A stretch of 64,000 bases of DNA from Raja brachyura (taxonomy: Eukaryota). Below are positions 38,297 to 51,690 of the stretch, piece after piece. Every line of letters starts with the position of its first letter. Positions within the stretch are counted from its first letter, which is position 1. The position numbers and the translations under genes are program-made. Location of the stretch: the NCBI GenBank assembly GCA_963514005.1, contig OY740784.1, positions 80,600,001-80,664,000 on the forward strand, written 5' to 3'. Under the pieces are notes generated by a model. The model made no database searches. It saw only the letters and a program-made list of their open reading frames with translations, and was not told where the DNA came from.

Positions 38297-38721
38297 AGGG
38301 GCTGTCCCACTGCGGCGACCTAATCCGCGAGTTCAGAAGAGTTTGCCCTCGACTCATACTCGCAGCATGGTCGTCACAAGGTCCTAGGAGGTCTTTGCAA
38401 CATTCCTTCATGCTCGAGAGTAGTACTCGAGGCCTCAGCTAGGTCACGGCGTATTTTTCAACATGCTGAAAAATGCCCGCGAGTAAAAAAAAGGTCACCA
38501 TGGAAAAAAATCTTTTTTTTTAACTCGTGGGTTTAGTCGATGTAGGTCATAGTAGGTCGGCATGTTATTTGTAGGTAATCGAGGGTAGTCAAAGGTAGTT
38601 GTAGATAGTCTTCAACATAGTCGAAGGAGGTCTTCTACATAGTCGAAGGAGGTCTTCAACATGACACTTTTTCAAACTCTCCTAAACTCGCCAATTAGGT
38701 CGCCGCTGTGGGACAGGCCCT
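38297..38721. mobile_element. MITE, PIF/Harbinger-like
   Basis: TIRs aggggctgtcccactgcggcgacctaat and attaggtcgccgctgtgggacaggccct. Flanks are TTA and TGA. Confidence 0.8.
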
Positions 38722-41700
38722 TGAGATACAAAGTGTTGGAGAAACTCAGTGGGTCAGGCAGCATCACTGGAGAAAAGGAACAGGTGATGTTTTGGGATGG
38801 AACCCAGTATGAAGAAGGGTTCCGACCCAAAATCTCACCTATTTCTTGTCTCCAGAGTTGCTGCCTAATCCACTGAGTTACTCCAGCTCTTTGTGTCTAT
38901 CTTGGGAAAACTGAATCTTTAAAAAAAAAAAAGGAAAATATGATAGTTTCAGTCAGTTGGTCTGAACAATAGATTTATTCATTCAACTGAATAAAGGGAT
39001 ACATTTTTCTGTGCCCGTTTCTGGGCTATATAACTATCTGTAATGGACCTTATAGTGATTTTTAACCCTAGAAGAGTTAGTTCAGGTCTTGGTTTTACCA
39101 TTCTATTAGCAATAATTGCAACATAGCATAAAGTTGAGTGCAAAAGAAAGGCAAACATTAGCATAACTCATAACAAAAATGGAGGAAAAAAAAGCAGTTT
39201 GGGGAAAATGGCTTTTCAAAGATTGAGTGGGAACAATTCTTCTGGAATGGGAAACCAAAGGGTTGGTGAAGAGATAATACGGCCCATCAAAAGGAAATCC
39301 TATAATCACAGGACTATACAGCCCAAAGGATGGCAATTCAGCCCACTGTGCATGTCACAACCCTATGAATGAGCAGCCCAATTAGTTTCCTCCTCTGGTC
39401 TTTCCTCACACAAATTCCTTTTATTTTTTGAAAATATTTATCCAATTCTGCCCTGAATGACTGGATGTGCTTCCAACGCCTTGGTTGGGCAACAAAAAAA
39501 TGTCCTCATCATCTCTCTGCTCCTTTCGCCTTCAATAGCAAGATGTTAAGGAGACAGATTGGGGAAAGGTGACCAGACAGGCCCTGTGGAATGGGTTGAT
39601 CCAGTGATTTTGACAAGAGTCGGAGTGAGGGCGAGTCAATGAGTGGATGGTTGACATCGCTTATCCTAAAATATAAAGCAACATGTTTCATAATTATTTC
39701 TGGATTCAATTTAAAAAACTCTCAGGAGCAGTAGAGGTAATGTAAAAAAAAAGACCTGCATACATTAGTAATAATTTGCAGTTATCTTTCTTTGTATTGA
39801 ATAGAGCCAAATATACATAAATACATGTTTTGATCGATTATTTGACAAACTCAGGATGCCCTAGAACAAGGTATGGCTGAGTATTCTGGTCTGGAGCCAG
39901 TTAAGGGATTGGGGAATGAGGGGAGAGAGGCAAAGTGGGGCTTTATTCCTTAGAGTGGGGGAAGGAAGAACATAAGGAGGCACCTGGCTGAGGAATGAGA
40001 GAAGAGATGATAGGAGATTATGTGTTGTGGAGCGGAGGGGGTTCCTTGCAGAGCTGAGATGAGAAGCTGGAGGAGGAGAAGTTTACAGGGGTCCCGTGTG
40101 GCCAATATATCCAGTCTACCACTACATTGGGAAGAGGTCTTCACAGGCATGCTCAGTGTGTGGTGATTACTCCTGGACAATGTATTTCAAACTCTCTTCA
40201 AGAGTTCAGAAGGAGAAATGCACAGTGAACAGTGAACATCATCACCCCTTTTGCACCATGTGGAAAACACAACAGGGGCATAAGGGGTCTCAAGGCAGAA
40301 AGTGCCTAGTCTAATTTCCAGAATTATGTGAAACACTCTGTTGCACCACAGAAAACAAACGGATGATTAACAGCATTTTTCAGTAAGAGTTTCAGTAAGA
40401 TACAATTAATGCTCCAGACCATTATCTGTATAAAGATCTAAAAATATGTGCATGTAAACTTACTTGCATAGAGACACTTAAATAAATCTTTGTTTAACAA
40501 GGAACTGCAGATTCTGGAAAATCGAAGGTACACAAAAATGCTGGAGAAACTCAGAGGGGTGCAGCAGCATCTATGGAGCGAAGGAAATAGGCAACGTTTC
40601 GGGCCGAAACCCTTCTTCAGACCTTTGTTGTTTGGAGCAGTTATTGCGAGTACAAAGTTAGAAACTGTACACTTGAAAGTACATCCCCCAAACTGCAAAC
40701 TAGTGATGAAGAGCAAGTGTAATAATGAAACAATGAGGGCAGATCTCCACTATGGCCCTGGAGGAAGGAGCCTGTGAATGTGGGTCACTGATGAAAATTA
40801 AGGGGTAGCACATTTAAAGGAAGGGCGGGGTAATATTCTCTCTGGCTGATGGCTGCACATTTTGGGACTCTTTTTCTCAAAGGGCAGTGGAGAGACAGCC
40901 TGATTATCTCTCACTCAGGCAAAGGTAGCGGCTGAGAGATGGATGGGAATGTGGAGTCAAGGTCACAATCAGATCAGCCATGATCTTAATAAATGCCAGA
41001 GTAGACTTGAACGGCCTATTCCTGCTCTGAGCTCCCATGTTAACTATCAGACCTTCACCCATAGAAAGGGAGTGTGGAAGTAGGGAGGTGTGGAGATAGA
41101 AACCTGTACTCATTTGTTGTGAAAAATTAGGATGCATTGACTTCCACTACTGAAATTTGGTTCCATCAGGCATTCATATTTTATTTCCTGTATTTTACAG
41201 TCGGCATAGAGGCAGGCCATTTGACCCACTGAGGCTATGCCTGCTCCAAGAGTATTCCTATTAGTCCCATTCTCCCACTTATTTCCTTACAACCTCCTTT
41301 AGCGCACAGGGAAAATAAAATCTGTCCATTTTGTTTCCGGTTAGAAACAGTACTGCTTAACAATTAAATCAAAGCTGGTGAGAATCTTTGTTTCCAGTGA
41401 TGAGGTCATGTCAAAGACATCATGGCCTGGGGTTCTCTCGTAAATTTGCACCTAAGAGACCATGTGATTGTAATTCTCAATTAACTAGCAAATGGTGGTG
41501 ATTATGAGGTTATTTTTAAGGAGGTGTACAGTTAAATTGTTGCATAATTGAACACAAACTCCCAAAAGAAACTACTTTGCAAATGTTCTCCATATAAATA
41601 GGCAAAATGGTCATAGGAACATTTATTAAAAGTAGCAAATCCTTAAATTAAAATATAAACTCTTGTCTGCAAAATGGGATATAAATCCAAGAAATAATTG

Positions 41701-43139
41701 ATGATTTATAATGTCATGGCAGAAATGTAAAGAAAAATGTAGAGCCTATTGCCATGAACATAATGTGATTTAGGTGCTAAAAAAACTTTATCATGTTGCC
41801 CAGTGAGATGGCAGTATCCAGGTTGAATGAAGGTCATCCACCGAAGCCAAGTCTGAACTGAAATAGGGGATGTAAACATTACAACTTCCTCCAGCTAACT
41901 GGTAATGTTTCAGGATGAGCAGATGAGGGGAAAGAAATTGTATTCTTTTTATAGAATAACTTGCTGCAATATGGATCAAAGTTGCTTGGAAGGACAGCAG
42001 AAGAAGATTCAATGGGAACTTTTGAAAGGGATTTGGGAGAAAGGACCAAAAATGGGAACAATTTCAGGGCTGTGGGGTTCAAGGTGTGAACCTGCAGGAT
42101 CTGAGAGTGTAGTGAATCTCTGGACTTCTCCGACCTCAAGGGTGGTGAAGATGGATAATTCGATAGACGGTAAACCCTTGTTTTAACGGATCGGAAAGAA
42201 GTTCCAGAAAGAAGTTCACTGGTGCAGACCAGGGGCATCGGCATCTCGTTTTAAGGTAAAACGACAGGGGGTGCTCAAGTAATTTTGCCTACTGAATCAG
42301 TCTGAAGAAGGGACCTACATCACCTATCCATGTTCTGCCTGATGCTGTTTCAAGTAAATGCAACTAAATTCATGTTCTGCCTGATGTTGTTTCAACTAAA
42401 TATAATGATAACACCTTACTCGGTTATAGTCGAAAATTGGCAATAAAGGGCACCACACAATCCCTCTTTAACTCACTTTAAACACCCCGTTGATGAAGCT
42501 TAAGTTCAGCAACTGCAGTATCTCCTTGTTTTGCTTATTTGATTGAGCTGCAAATTTTTGCCTGCCACTAAATTACCCCCGGTACCACATATATCAAAAT
42601 TGTTGTTATACACCAATAATTTAATTTTCCCATTACACACAAGACAAATGCATAAAGAAATGAGTCTATTGAGGCACAGCTGGTAGAGCTGCTGCGTCAT
42701 GTTACCAGAGACCGGGTTCGATCCTGACCTCAGGTGCTGTCCCTTATAATGACAGTTTACTGTATTTAAGGTGGAGATAGATAAATATTTGAAAGATTCA
42801 GGAATTGAAGGTTTTGGAGAACTGGTACAGGAGATGTGTTGAGGCCAGCATAGATCAGCCACAATCATGTTGAAGGGCAGGACAAACTTGAACGCCTGTT
42901 GGCCTACTCCTGCTCCCTTGTGTTCTTGAAATCCGTGGGTTTAGTGGCATATTTCAAATGATTCCAGAGTACAAAAGTACTTTGATACTCCCAGTGTTGG
43001 TGTGGGAAGGAAAATCACAGCTCCTGCATTACAATATGTTTCTAACTGTTCCCCCTTGTCATCACATTTATTCTTCATCTTCGGAAAGCTTGACTTTCAG
43101 ATTTCAATCCGCAGCAACTCACAGCAGAAGGTGAAGTTA

Positions 43140-43258
43140 AGGGCCTGTCCCACTTAGGCGACTTTTCAGCGGACTACCTGCGACCTTCAAGCTCGCAGCA
43201 CTTGCCTGATAAACCGCAAACTGGAATGGCGACCGTCAGAGCAGCGCACACACGCACG

Positions 43259-43289
<31 letters not shown>

Positions 43290-43946
43290 ACAGCAAAGGC
43301 GGGGGCCAGGGAAAGCGGGGCAGCACTGTCTTAAATTCACACGGTGCAAAGCCAAGGTGATAAGACACACACCGCGATGAACAGGAAGGTTAAAGATGGC
43401 TAGGACAGTGTACGGTAAGTCCTTTAAAAGATCGGGGGGGGGGGGAGAAGAGAAGTGGGGAGAAGGGAGAGAAGGAATGGAGCCAGACAACTTTTAATAA
43501 ACCAGAGATACACAGCTGTGAAGTTTAGCAGACATTTAACTTTACCGGTCGGTTTTCCCTGGTTCTGAAAAATCGTGTTTACGTTTTTTTCCCCCCAATG
43601 AGCCAATGAAAATGGCCGGTCAGCAAAGGAAATTAACTAAAACTACCTATGACTACCTCGACTACCCATAACTACAATGCGACCCCACGACCACTGCACC
43701 TGCGACTACAGGATTATAGATTATCTCCATGACGACCAACTTTTGGTCGCAGAAAAAATTTCAACATGTTGAAAAATTTGCTGCGACCATACTGAGGCAG
43801 CGACTAATTCCCAGAATGCGGGAACTCCTCTTGACCATGAAGGAGACTCACCAGGGACCACCAGCTAACATGTGGCTACCTGGTGGCGATCATGAGGCGA
43901 GCGCAGAGTCTCCTGACTAAAAAGTCGCCTTAGTGGGTCAGGCCCT
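43140..43946. mobile_element. MITE, PIF/Harbinger-like, containing a (CA)n tract
   Basis: TIRs agggcctgtcccacttaggcgactttt and aaaagtcgccttagtgggtcaggccct. (CA)n at about 43246-43292. Confidence 0.8.
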
Positions 43947-44446
43947 TGAGTAAGTGGATAATTTGCAGAAACTTGCATTTTCACCAGTCCTTCATCAAAA
44001 TCTCTATTCATTAGAAATAATAAAACAGTGAAGGGGTCTGTCTGCCTTTAATGTGTTCACATCGAATGTAAAACTGGCAACCAAGTTATCAAAGTTTCTC
44101 ATCCCTTTTCATCTAATGTGCCTCAGCGATCTTTAACTCTTTTGTGCATCCACAAATAGATTAGCCCCAACTGCAACAGTTGTGCATAACCTCAGTTTCT
44201 CCCTCCTGTAATCTCACTACGCTTTACCTCCCTCGGCTCATAAGTTACTCCTTCAAATCTTCCCGTTTGATTAAGCTCACGCTCAGCTACCGCAGTGTCT
44301 CCATGTTTGCCTCAGTTTGATTGCGCTGCAAATTTTTTGCCCCCCACTAAATTACCGGTACCGCATATATCAAAGGTGTTGTCACACACAAATGATTTAA
44401 ATTCCTCTTTACTGGAACACAGTGCATGAATAAAATGGATCAATCG

Positions 44447-44750
44447 TAGCGCAGCTGGTAGAGCTGCTGCCTCACGGCACCAGGAACCTGGGTTCGATCC
44501 CGACCTCAGATGCTGTCTTTGGGAAATTTGCAGGTTCTCCCCATAACCACATGGGTTTTCTCTGTGTGCTCCGGTTTCCGTCCACATCCTAAATTATTGC
44601 AGGTTTGCAAGTTAATTAGCCACCTTAAATTGCCTTGAGTATGTAGGAAGTAGATGGGAAAGTGGGATAACAGAAATAGTGTAAGGGGTTGGAGTGGTGG
44701 TTGGTATGGACTCTGCGGGCCAAAGGGGCCGTTTCCAAGCAGTATCTTTC
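44447..44750 (+). mobile_element. HE1-like SINE
   Basis: gcgcagctggtagagctgctgcctcacggc...gggttcgatccc head plus core and tail. Confidence 0.8.
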
Positions 44751-45359
44751 ACACAATCAATATATAGATCAACAGAGAAAGGGAGTGGGAAAACAGGACC
44801 TCTTTCAGCTGAATGACTGATAATTATGGTAATCACAACCCTGCACTTCTTATGGGATCATGTTGTGTGCCTTTTGTCCACTATCTATGACCATGTAACA
44901 AGCAATGTTTCTTCACAAATTGGTCATTGTACTTCCTTAATTTTGGATCCACACATCTCTTTTGTTTTGAAGATAGACACAAAAAGCTGGAGTAACTGGA
45001 GACACGCAGCATCTTTGGAGAGAAGGAATGGGTGGCATTTTGGGGTGTCTATCTTCGGTTTAAACCAGCATCTGCAGTTCCTTCCTACTCACTTGTTTTG
45101 ACAAATCACCTTGCTCTCACTATTTTTTATGAATGCAACAAATTTATAAGCTGCAGCATTCCAGTGTATGGTCCTTGCCCTACAGTGCAATACAAGACAG
45201 GTCGGCCCTTCACACCATCACAGAGCACATAGAATGGTACAGTGCAACACACTGTGTCTGTGCCAACTATGGCACCAATTTAAACTAATCCCATCTTCCG
45301 GCAATCCCTCCAGTCCTTGCCTGTTCATGTTTCTATCGAAATGCCTCTTAAATGTCACT

Positions 45360-46760
45360 TTCGTATCTGTGAAGGGAATGGACGGACAATATTTGGGTCA
45401 AAACCCTTCTTCAGACGAATGGAGTAGGGGAGAAAGATGAAAAAATGGGAATGTGGAAAAGCCTTGTAAGTGATATGTGGATAGAGGTGAGGAGGGGTGA
45501 TTGGCAGATGGGCAGAGAAAGTGACAAAGGGTAAAGGTGAAAGGAGACAAATTGGTGACAGATAAGAAAAGAGGAGGAAACTGTAAAGATGGTGGTAGGG
45601 CTATGAATGGGGACAAGGGGGCGGGGAAACAGGCGATAATTAAAGGGAAATGGGGTCAGAAATTAATGTTTTGATGAGTGGAAAGGAGCAGCGTAACCAG
45701 AGTGGTGGCAGATGGTGAGTATAGAATTTAGGAGGTCATGTCGCATAAGATGTTGGTGAGGCAGCATTTAGATTATTATATTCAGTTTTGGGCACTTTAC
45801 CATAGGAAAGATTTAGTTAAGTTGGAAAGGGTACGGAGAAAAGTTATGAGGATTTTGCCAGGAGTCAACGGTCTGAGCTATAGAGAGCGGGACTCTATTC
45901 CCTGGAGCGCAGGAGGATGAGGGGTGATGTTTATAGAGGTGTATAAGATCATGAGACAAATAGATTGGGTGGACGCATATAATGAGGAATTGAGAAGCAG
46001 AGGGCATAGGTTTAAGCTGAAGGAGGGAAAAGATTTTACAGGAATCTGAGGGGTAACATTTTCACACAAAGGGTGGTTGGTGTATGGAATGTGCTGCCGG
46101 AGGAGGCAGTTGAGGCAGGGACTATTGCAGGATCTAAGAAGCAGTTAGACAGGTACATGGATAGGACAGGTTTAGATGGATATGGGCCAAACACAGGCAA
46201 GTGAGACTAGTGTAGATGGGACATGTTGGTCATGTGGGCAAGTTGGGCCGAAGGTCTTGTTTCCCCACTGTATCACTCTATGACTCTAAATGTAGGCACA
46301 CTGGGGTGAGAGCACAGTTGTGGGAGGGGAAGAGAGGGGAGGTGAGGGGTATTACTTAAAATTAAATAACTCAATGTTCTTACCAGTGGGTTTTACGCTA
46401 ACCATGCATTCGAAGATAGACACAAAATGCTGGTGCAAGTCAGCAGGACAGGCATCTCTGGAGAGACGGAATGGGTGATATTTCGGGTTGAGACCCTTCT
46501 TCAGACTGAGCGTCAAGGGAGAGGGAGACAGAGAAATGGAAGGGCAAGGTGTGAAAATGAGACATCAAAGGGGATGGAGATCAAGATCAAGATGAAGATA
46601 AAATGTAATCAGGGGCCAGTCAGACTGGCCGGAGCACTAGGATGGGGGAGGTATGTAGAGAGGGGGAAAGCAAAGTCTCTCAGTATGAGTGTGACTTCAC
46701 TTTGGCAGTGGAGGAGGCCAATGACAAAATGGTCAGTGTGGGGAGAGGCCAATCTTTGGA
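45360..46760. mobile_element. Nested cluster: PLE 3' end (minus) interrupted by a CR1 3' fragment (plus, about 45720-46290) and a second PLE repeat (about 46410-46690)
   Basis: A purine-rich tract follows cccttcttcagac. CR1 peptide LVRQHLDYYIQFW..HRKDLVKLERV and tail tatcactctatgactct. ttacttaaaatt..aactcaatgttc at about 46350 matches the PLE ORF end at 20955. Confidence 0.65.
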
Positions 46761-46779
46761 TAGCAGCCAATCATTGGTA

Positions 46780-47060
46780 ATGTTGGCAGCTTTTCCAAGG
46801 CAGTGTGAAGTGTAGATTGCGTCCATGGTGGGAAGTCTATTCTGTGTGATGGACTGGGCTACATCTACAACTCTCTGCAATTTCTTGCGGTCATGGTCAA
46901 AGCTATTCCCAAACCAAGCTGTGGTGCAATCTAACAATATGCTTCCTTTGAAGCATAAATGCAAGTTTGCTAGAACCATTGATGACGTGCCAAATTTCCT
47001 CAGTCTCCTAAGGAAGTAGAGTATTTGGTGTGCCTTTTTGTTTGTCACATCAATAAGGTT
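46780..47060 (-). mobile_element. Rex1/Babar-type LINE ORF fragment
   Basis: KAHQILYFLRRLRKFG...ILLDCTTAWFGN...DRKKLQRVVDVAQSI is the typical post-RT domain of this clade. Confidence 0.8.
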
Positions 47061-47169
47061 GGTCCACAAGAGACATGGAACATGAAGCTCTCAGCCATTT
47101 CCACGTTGGCACATTGATGCTGATTGGGGCAAGTGCGTGGTTGTGGAGAGTTGTTTTTTCCAATTGAAG

Positions 47170-47640
47170 GCCTGTGATCATTGGAATGCGGCAGAGGTCA
47201 GTGCTGGCTCTGCTGCCGTTTATTATATACATTAACGATTTGGATAACAATGTAGTTATCATTGTTAGTTGTCAATTTGCAGATGACACCAACATTGCTT
47301 TCATTGTGGACAGTGAAGGAGGCTATCTATGGTTACAACAGTATTTAGATCAGTTGAGAAGGAAACCCAAGGATTCTAAAAGTAGAGGAATGATGCTTAA
47401 GGTGCTTAAGAGAGGAGAGATTAAAAATGGACCTCAGAGGCAATTTTTTTTCATTCAGATGGCAGTCTATATCTGGAATATCAAGAGGAAACTATGGAAC
47501 GATGCAATTATGACTTTAACAAAACATTCCAACATATATTTTAGAGGGCTATCGGCAAAATGCATGCAAATCAAGACTACCCCATCCTGGTAACTTTTGA
47601 CTTGGGCATTGTGGGCCAAAAGGCCCATTTCTATGCAGTA
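47170..47640 (+). mobile_element. Degenerate CR1 RT fragment
   Basis: SVLALLPFIIYINDLD...FADDT...LQQYLDQL. Confidence 0.7.
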
Positions 47641-49196
47641 AAGGTCTATCAATCTAATCGACAAGGTTAGAAGAGATGCAAGTGAACCTCTGTTTCCAGT
47701 CTCTTATATCTCTCACTATATTGCACAAATTCTCCATCTCACCTTAAATTTTATTAATGTCAATTACAGAGTTTACTGCTAAAGTGGTTTTTTATGTCCT
47801 TTTAGAAGCAAGAGCTAGTTATTGAGTACAGAAACAGGCTCCTTGGACCATTGACATCAACCCCTCCATCTACTCTGATCACATTTTATTCCTAACCACA
47901 TTCCCTTCAACTCCCCTGCACACTTGGGGTAATTTACTGTAGCAATTTGTGACATCAATCCATGCATCTTTGGGAAGTGAAAAAAACTGGAACACTTGGA
48001 AGAAACCCAGTAAAAAAGAAACTCTACACAGATAGTACTAGAAATCAGGATTTACATCCATATATCTGTCCAAGTGCTCTGACTGTACCAACCTCTACTG
48101 GCAGCTTGTCCCATATACCCACCACCTTCTACAATGACAACTTAAGCCTCAGATATGTTAAATATTATCCCTTACCTTAAACCAATGACAAGTTTTAGAA
48201 TCATCAGCCTTACCTCTCCTTGTAACTAAAGCCCTTCTACCAGGTAACATTCTGGTGCATCTCTTCTACACTCTTTCTAGTGTACCACATTTTTTCCATT
48301 TTGTGGTGACAGAACTGCACATAATAATCCAAGTGTGGCCTGATCAATGCCCTGATCAATTGCAACATGATGACCCAACTTTTATACTCAATAACTATCA
48401 ATAAGAGCAAGCCTTCTTCAATATCCATCTGCGTCCTCATTTTCAGGGAGCTATCATTTCTACTTGGATCAAACTCATCTGTGATTGAAAAGTTACTAGA
48501 AACATTTGAGACGTCATAGCTCGGGTTAGGTCAAAGATCCGCCAGGGGGATTGTTCAGGTAATAACTGAGGGACTGGAAGGGGTGGATAAGCAAGGCAGT
48601 CTTGTTGTCACACCACTCCTGAGGGTATCACATATTATGGGAAATCTCAACTAAACCCACATTTAGTGGTCGTTTGTTCCTCAATGCTGCATTGAAGCTT
48701 TAAAGCATTCATCAATGGAAAGACTGTTTAAGGAAACAGAGAAGAGAATTCAACTCATTATGAAGAGTTCTTTTGTGTGAATAGATTTAATTTGACAAAA
48801 TCCAAAAGCTTGGTCAACTCTTGTTTAGAAGATCCTTATAAAATGTGAGCGGTGAGCAGTGCTGTTCAGCTGGAGGTGCCATATTTTAGCCGTCTCGGGT
48901 GAAAGTAAAAGAGAAGATTTATTGCTGGACAATATTTTAATCACTCAACATCACCAAAAATGGGCCAACTGATCAATTTCCCCACCAGTATTTACGGGAG
49001 CTTCCCATGAACAAATTGTCTGCTGCATTTCCCTACCAACTACAGTTGAGAAGTGTTTCAGTGGCTTCAAGGCAAGTTTGTATGAGCTGAAAAGGGATAG
49101 GAAATGCTCATATATTTATGGACCCTTGAATTTATTTGTCATTTTGGGGAATTGGCAGGGAGCTGGGAAATGAAAATGCCATATGACGACACAGGG

Positions 49197-49478
49197 TGAC
49201 ACAGCGGCGTAGCGGTAGAGTTGCTGCCTTACAGTGCCAGAGACCTGGGTTTGATCCCGACTATGGGTGTTGTCCGTACTGAGTTTGTACATTCACCATG
49301 TGATCGCATGGGTTTCTTTGGGTGCCCCAGTTTCCTCCCACATTCCAAAGACGTGTAGGTTTGTAGGTTAATTGGCTACTGTAAATTATCCCTTATGTGT
49401 ATGGGTGATTGCTGGTTGGTGCAGACTTGGTGGACCGAAGGGCCTGTTTCCACACTGCAACACTAAACTACACTAAAA
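49197..49478 (+). mobile_element. HE1-like SINE
   Basis: gcggcgtagcggtagagttgctgccttacagtgccagagacctgggtttgatccc head; ggcctgtttccacactg tail. Confidence 0.85.
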
Positions 49479-50294
49479 TCAGGATGGACAACATCAAAGT
49501 TGGTGGCCTTGTAACTAGCAACCAAATAGAATCAGCAACAAAAACTCTGCAGAGATGTCAGAGTTGATAATATATTAGAGGCTTTGGTGGGCTTCCTTCA
49601 CTGGAATAGAACAACACTCTTCAGGGTGGGCTAAATGTTCCCAGCGCTCGCTGATGTTGCCGAACTCTGCCCCTCACCAATAACAAATATGAACAGGACC
49701 TGTCAAGTCCTGCAAAGTTCAAGCAAACAATAAATTGCCAGATAATGAGGATTCTGTAAAATGTGCAGAGTGGACAAGGCTCCAGCTCAAACCCACAACC
49801 CCACTCCTCTACTCACTGTTCTCGAGCTGCTTGCCCAAGGTCAAACAGGGAACAATGTGAAACAAAGAGGCCCACGGTTGCCGCTGGTGGGACACGAGCT
49901 ATGGGAAAAATTCTGAAAAACGTGCCTGGAATTTAGCTGCTCCCCACTCAACCGGTACAGCTCGAGCCTAGTGTGGGGGAGCACTCACTGCGATTGTCCA
50001 TCGATTGCAAGAGAACAAGGCTCTATTGTAATTGTACAAATGCCAATGTCTCCCATTATTGCTGACATTCTGCTTGCTTGGCAAATGTCTTTAATGGAGC
50101 TACTGTACTAACTGCAGATCCATTTCCATTCCTTGTGCAAGATTCAACGGTTTGTGTGCATCCTGCAACCACATTACATATAGGCGATCAAAAGTACTCA
50201 ATTAATAATTTATTGCTTTTAGTTTTATTACAATTTTATTAGGCAGCACTTTTGGAATAATTGGTTTAGAGTAGTCGTAGACATAGATCGCTGA

Positions 50295-50600
50295 GAGACA
50301 GGCCCTTCAGACCAACAAATCCATGTTGGCCATCAGTAATCCTACATTAATCTCATTTTATTCAACCTACTCTCCCATAAATTCTACCCATCCGCTTCAC
50401 ACCAGGGCCAATTTATATAACTAATTATCCTCCCAACCCATATATTCTTTGGGATGTGTGAGGAGACCAAAGGACTTGGAGGAAACCCATGTAGTCACAG
50501 GGGGAACGTGCAAACTCCACAGACAGCACCCAAGGTAAGGATTGAGACCAGGTCACTGATGTTGTGAGACAACAGATCTCCAATCTGCATCATTGTTCTG
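50295..50600 (-). mobile_element. HE1-like SINE, degenerate
   Basis: ggaggaaacccatgtagtcacagggggaacgtgcaaactccac.agacagcacc is the reverse complement of the core. Confidence 0.7.
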
Positions 50601-51459
50601 CCAGTAGAATCGTACCTGAAGTGGCCAAATGCGCTGAAACCAGTTGCTGCAGAGCACATTACATGTAAACAGGCTCCACACCCAAAGTTCTCTTAGTCAC
50701 CTAAAGAGCATCTTGCTAGCCTTAACACTCTGTAAATGGGACTAGATTGCACCTGTACCATAAAAGCCAGGATGTAACATACATTCCTAAATGACAGAGC
50801 CTGCATCATAGAAATCTCAAATGCAATATGTCAAGGAACAATAAATGGAGGAGATATTCAACCCATTATGCCCATGTCTGTTCCTTGAAGAAGAGAGCCA
50901 TATAGCCATGTTATCCTGTCCAATGTAATAACATTACAACGTATTTATTAATCTATACCTAATTTGGTTATTAATTTCACCTTTGAATCAGCTTCCACCA
51001 CTCTTTCAACGTGTACTTTCTAGATCATAAATAGTGTAGAGAACAAGAAAAATTTAATTTTCTTGTTGATTTTCATGCATCCATGGATGGTGAAATGAGA
51101 GCGCTTCCCTTCAATTATTTATCAAAACCCCTCAATTTTGTAATGTTAAACCACTATTAATTAATTGGAAGGTGGTTATTTTACTGGCGTCCATTTCACA
51201 CCAGTACTACTTTCAAAATACTAGTAGAAAACAGAATTGGTTTGCAGAGGAAATAGTTGTATGCCTTGATGTATATTTTATCTTGGCTGGCAGCATACTA
51301 TTGCTGAGAATAGCTATCAAACATAGCTGGAAAAGCTGTTTGTGCAAGGTTGTGTTACACTGAATGAGTGAGTGTGAGTGAGCTTGAGGAGAAGTGAGAA
51401 AATGCGAGAGTGGGTGACAATGAATGCGAGATGGTCTTAGAGGGGAGGGTGCTCCACAA

Positions 51460-51690
51460 ACTGCAGAGCACCCTGGACAATACAACTCACCCCACTCCAC
51501 GACACACTGGTTAACCTGAGGGATAACTTCAGCAACAGACTAGTCCCACCAAGATGCAGTACAGAACACCACAGGAGATCCTTTTTCCCTGTGGCTATCA
51601 AACTGTACAACTCCTCCCCTTTCTGTCATGGGGTAGACCCCCCAATCTTAGCATATCCCCAATCCTTTTTACCTGTCACTTTAATTTTGT
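51460..51690 (+). mobile_element. Rex1-like LINE 3' end
   Basis: HPLHDTLVNLRDNFSNRLVPPRCSTEHHRRSFFPVAIKLYN. Confidence 0.65.

Noticed and set aside
38560-38665. Short direct repeats (catagtcgaaggaggtcttc), superficially CRISPR-like
   Set aside because: Adjacent tandem copies inside a MITE in a vertebrate genome, with no spacers or cas genes.
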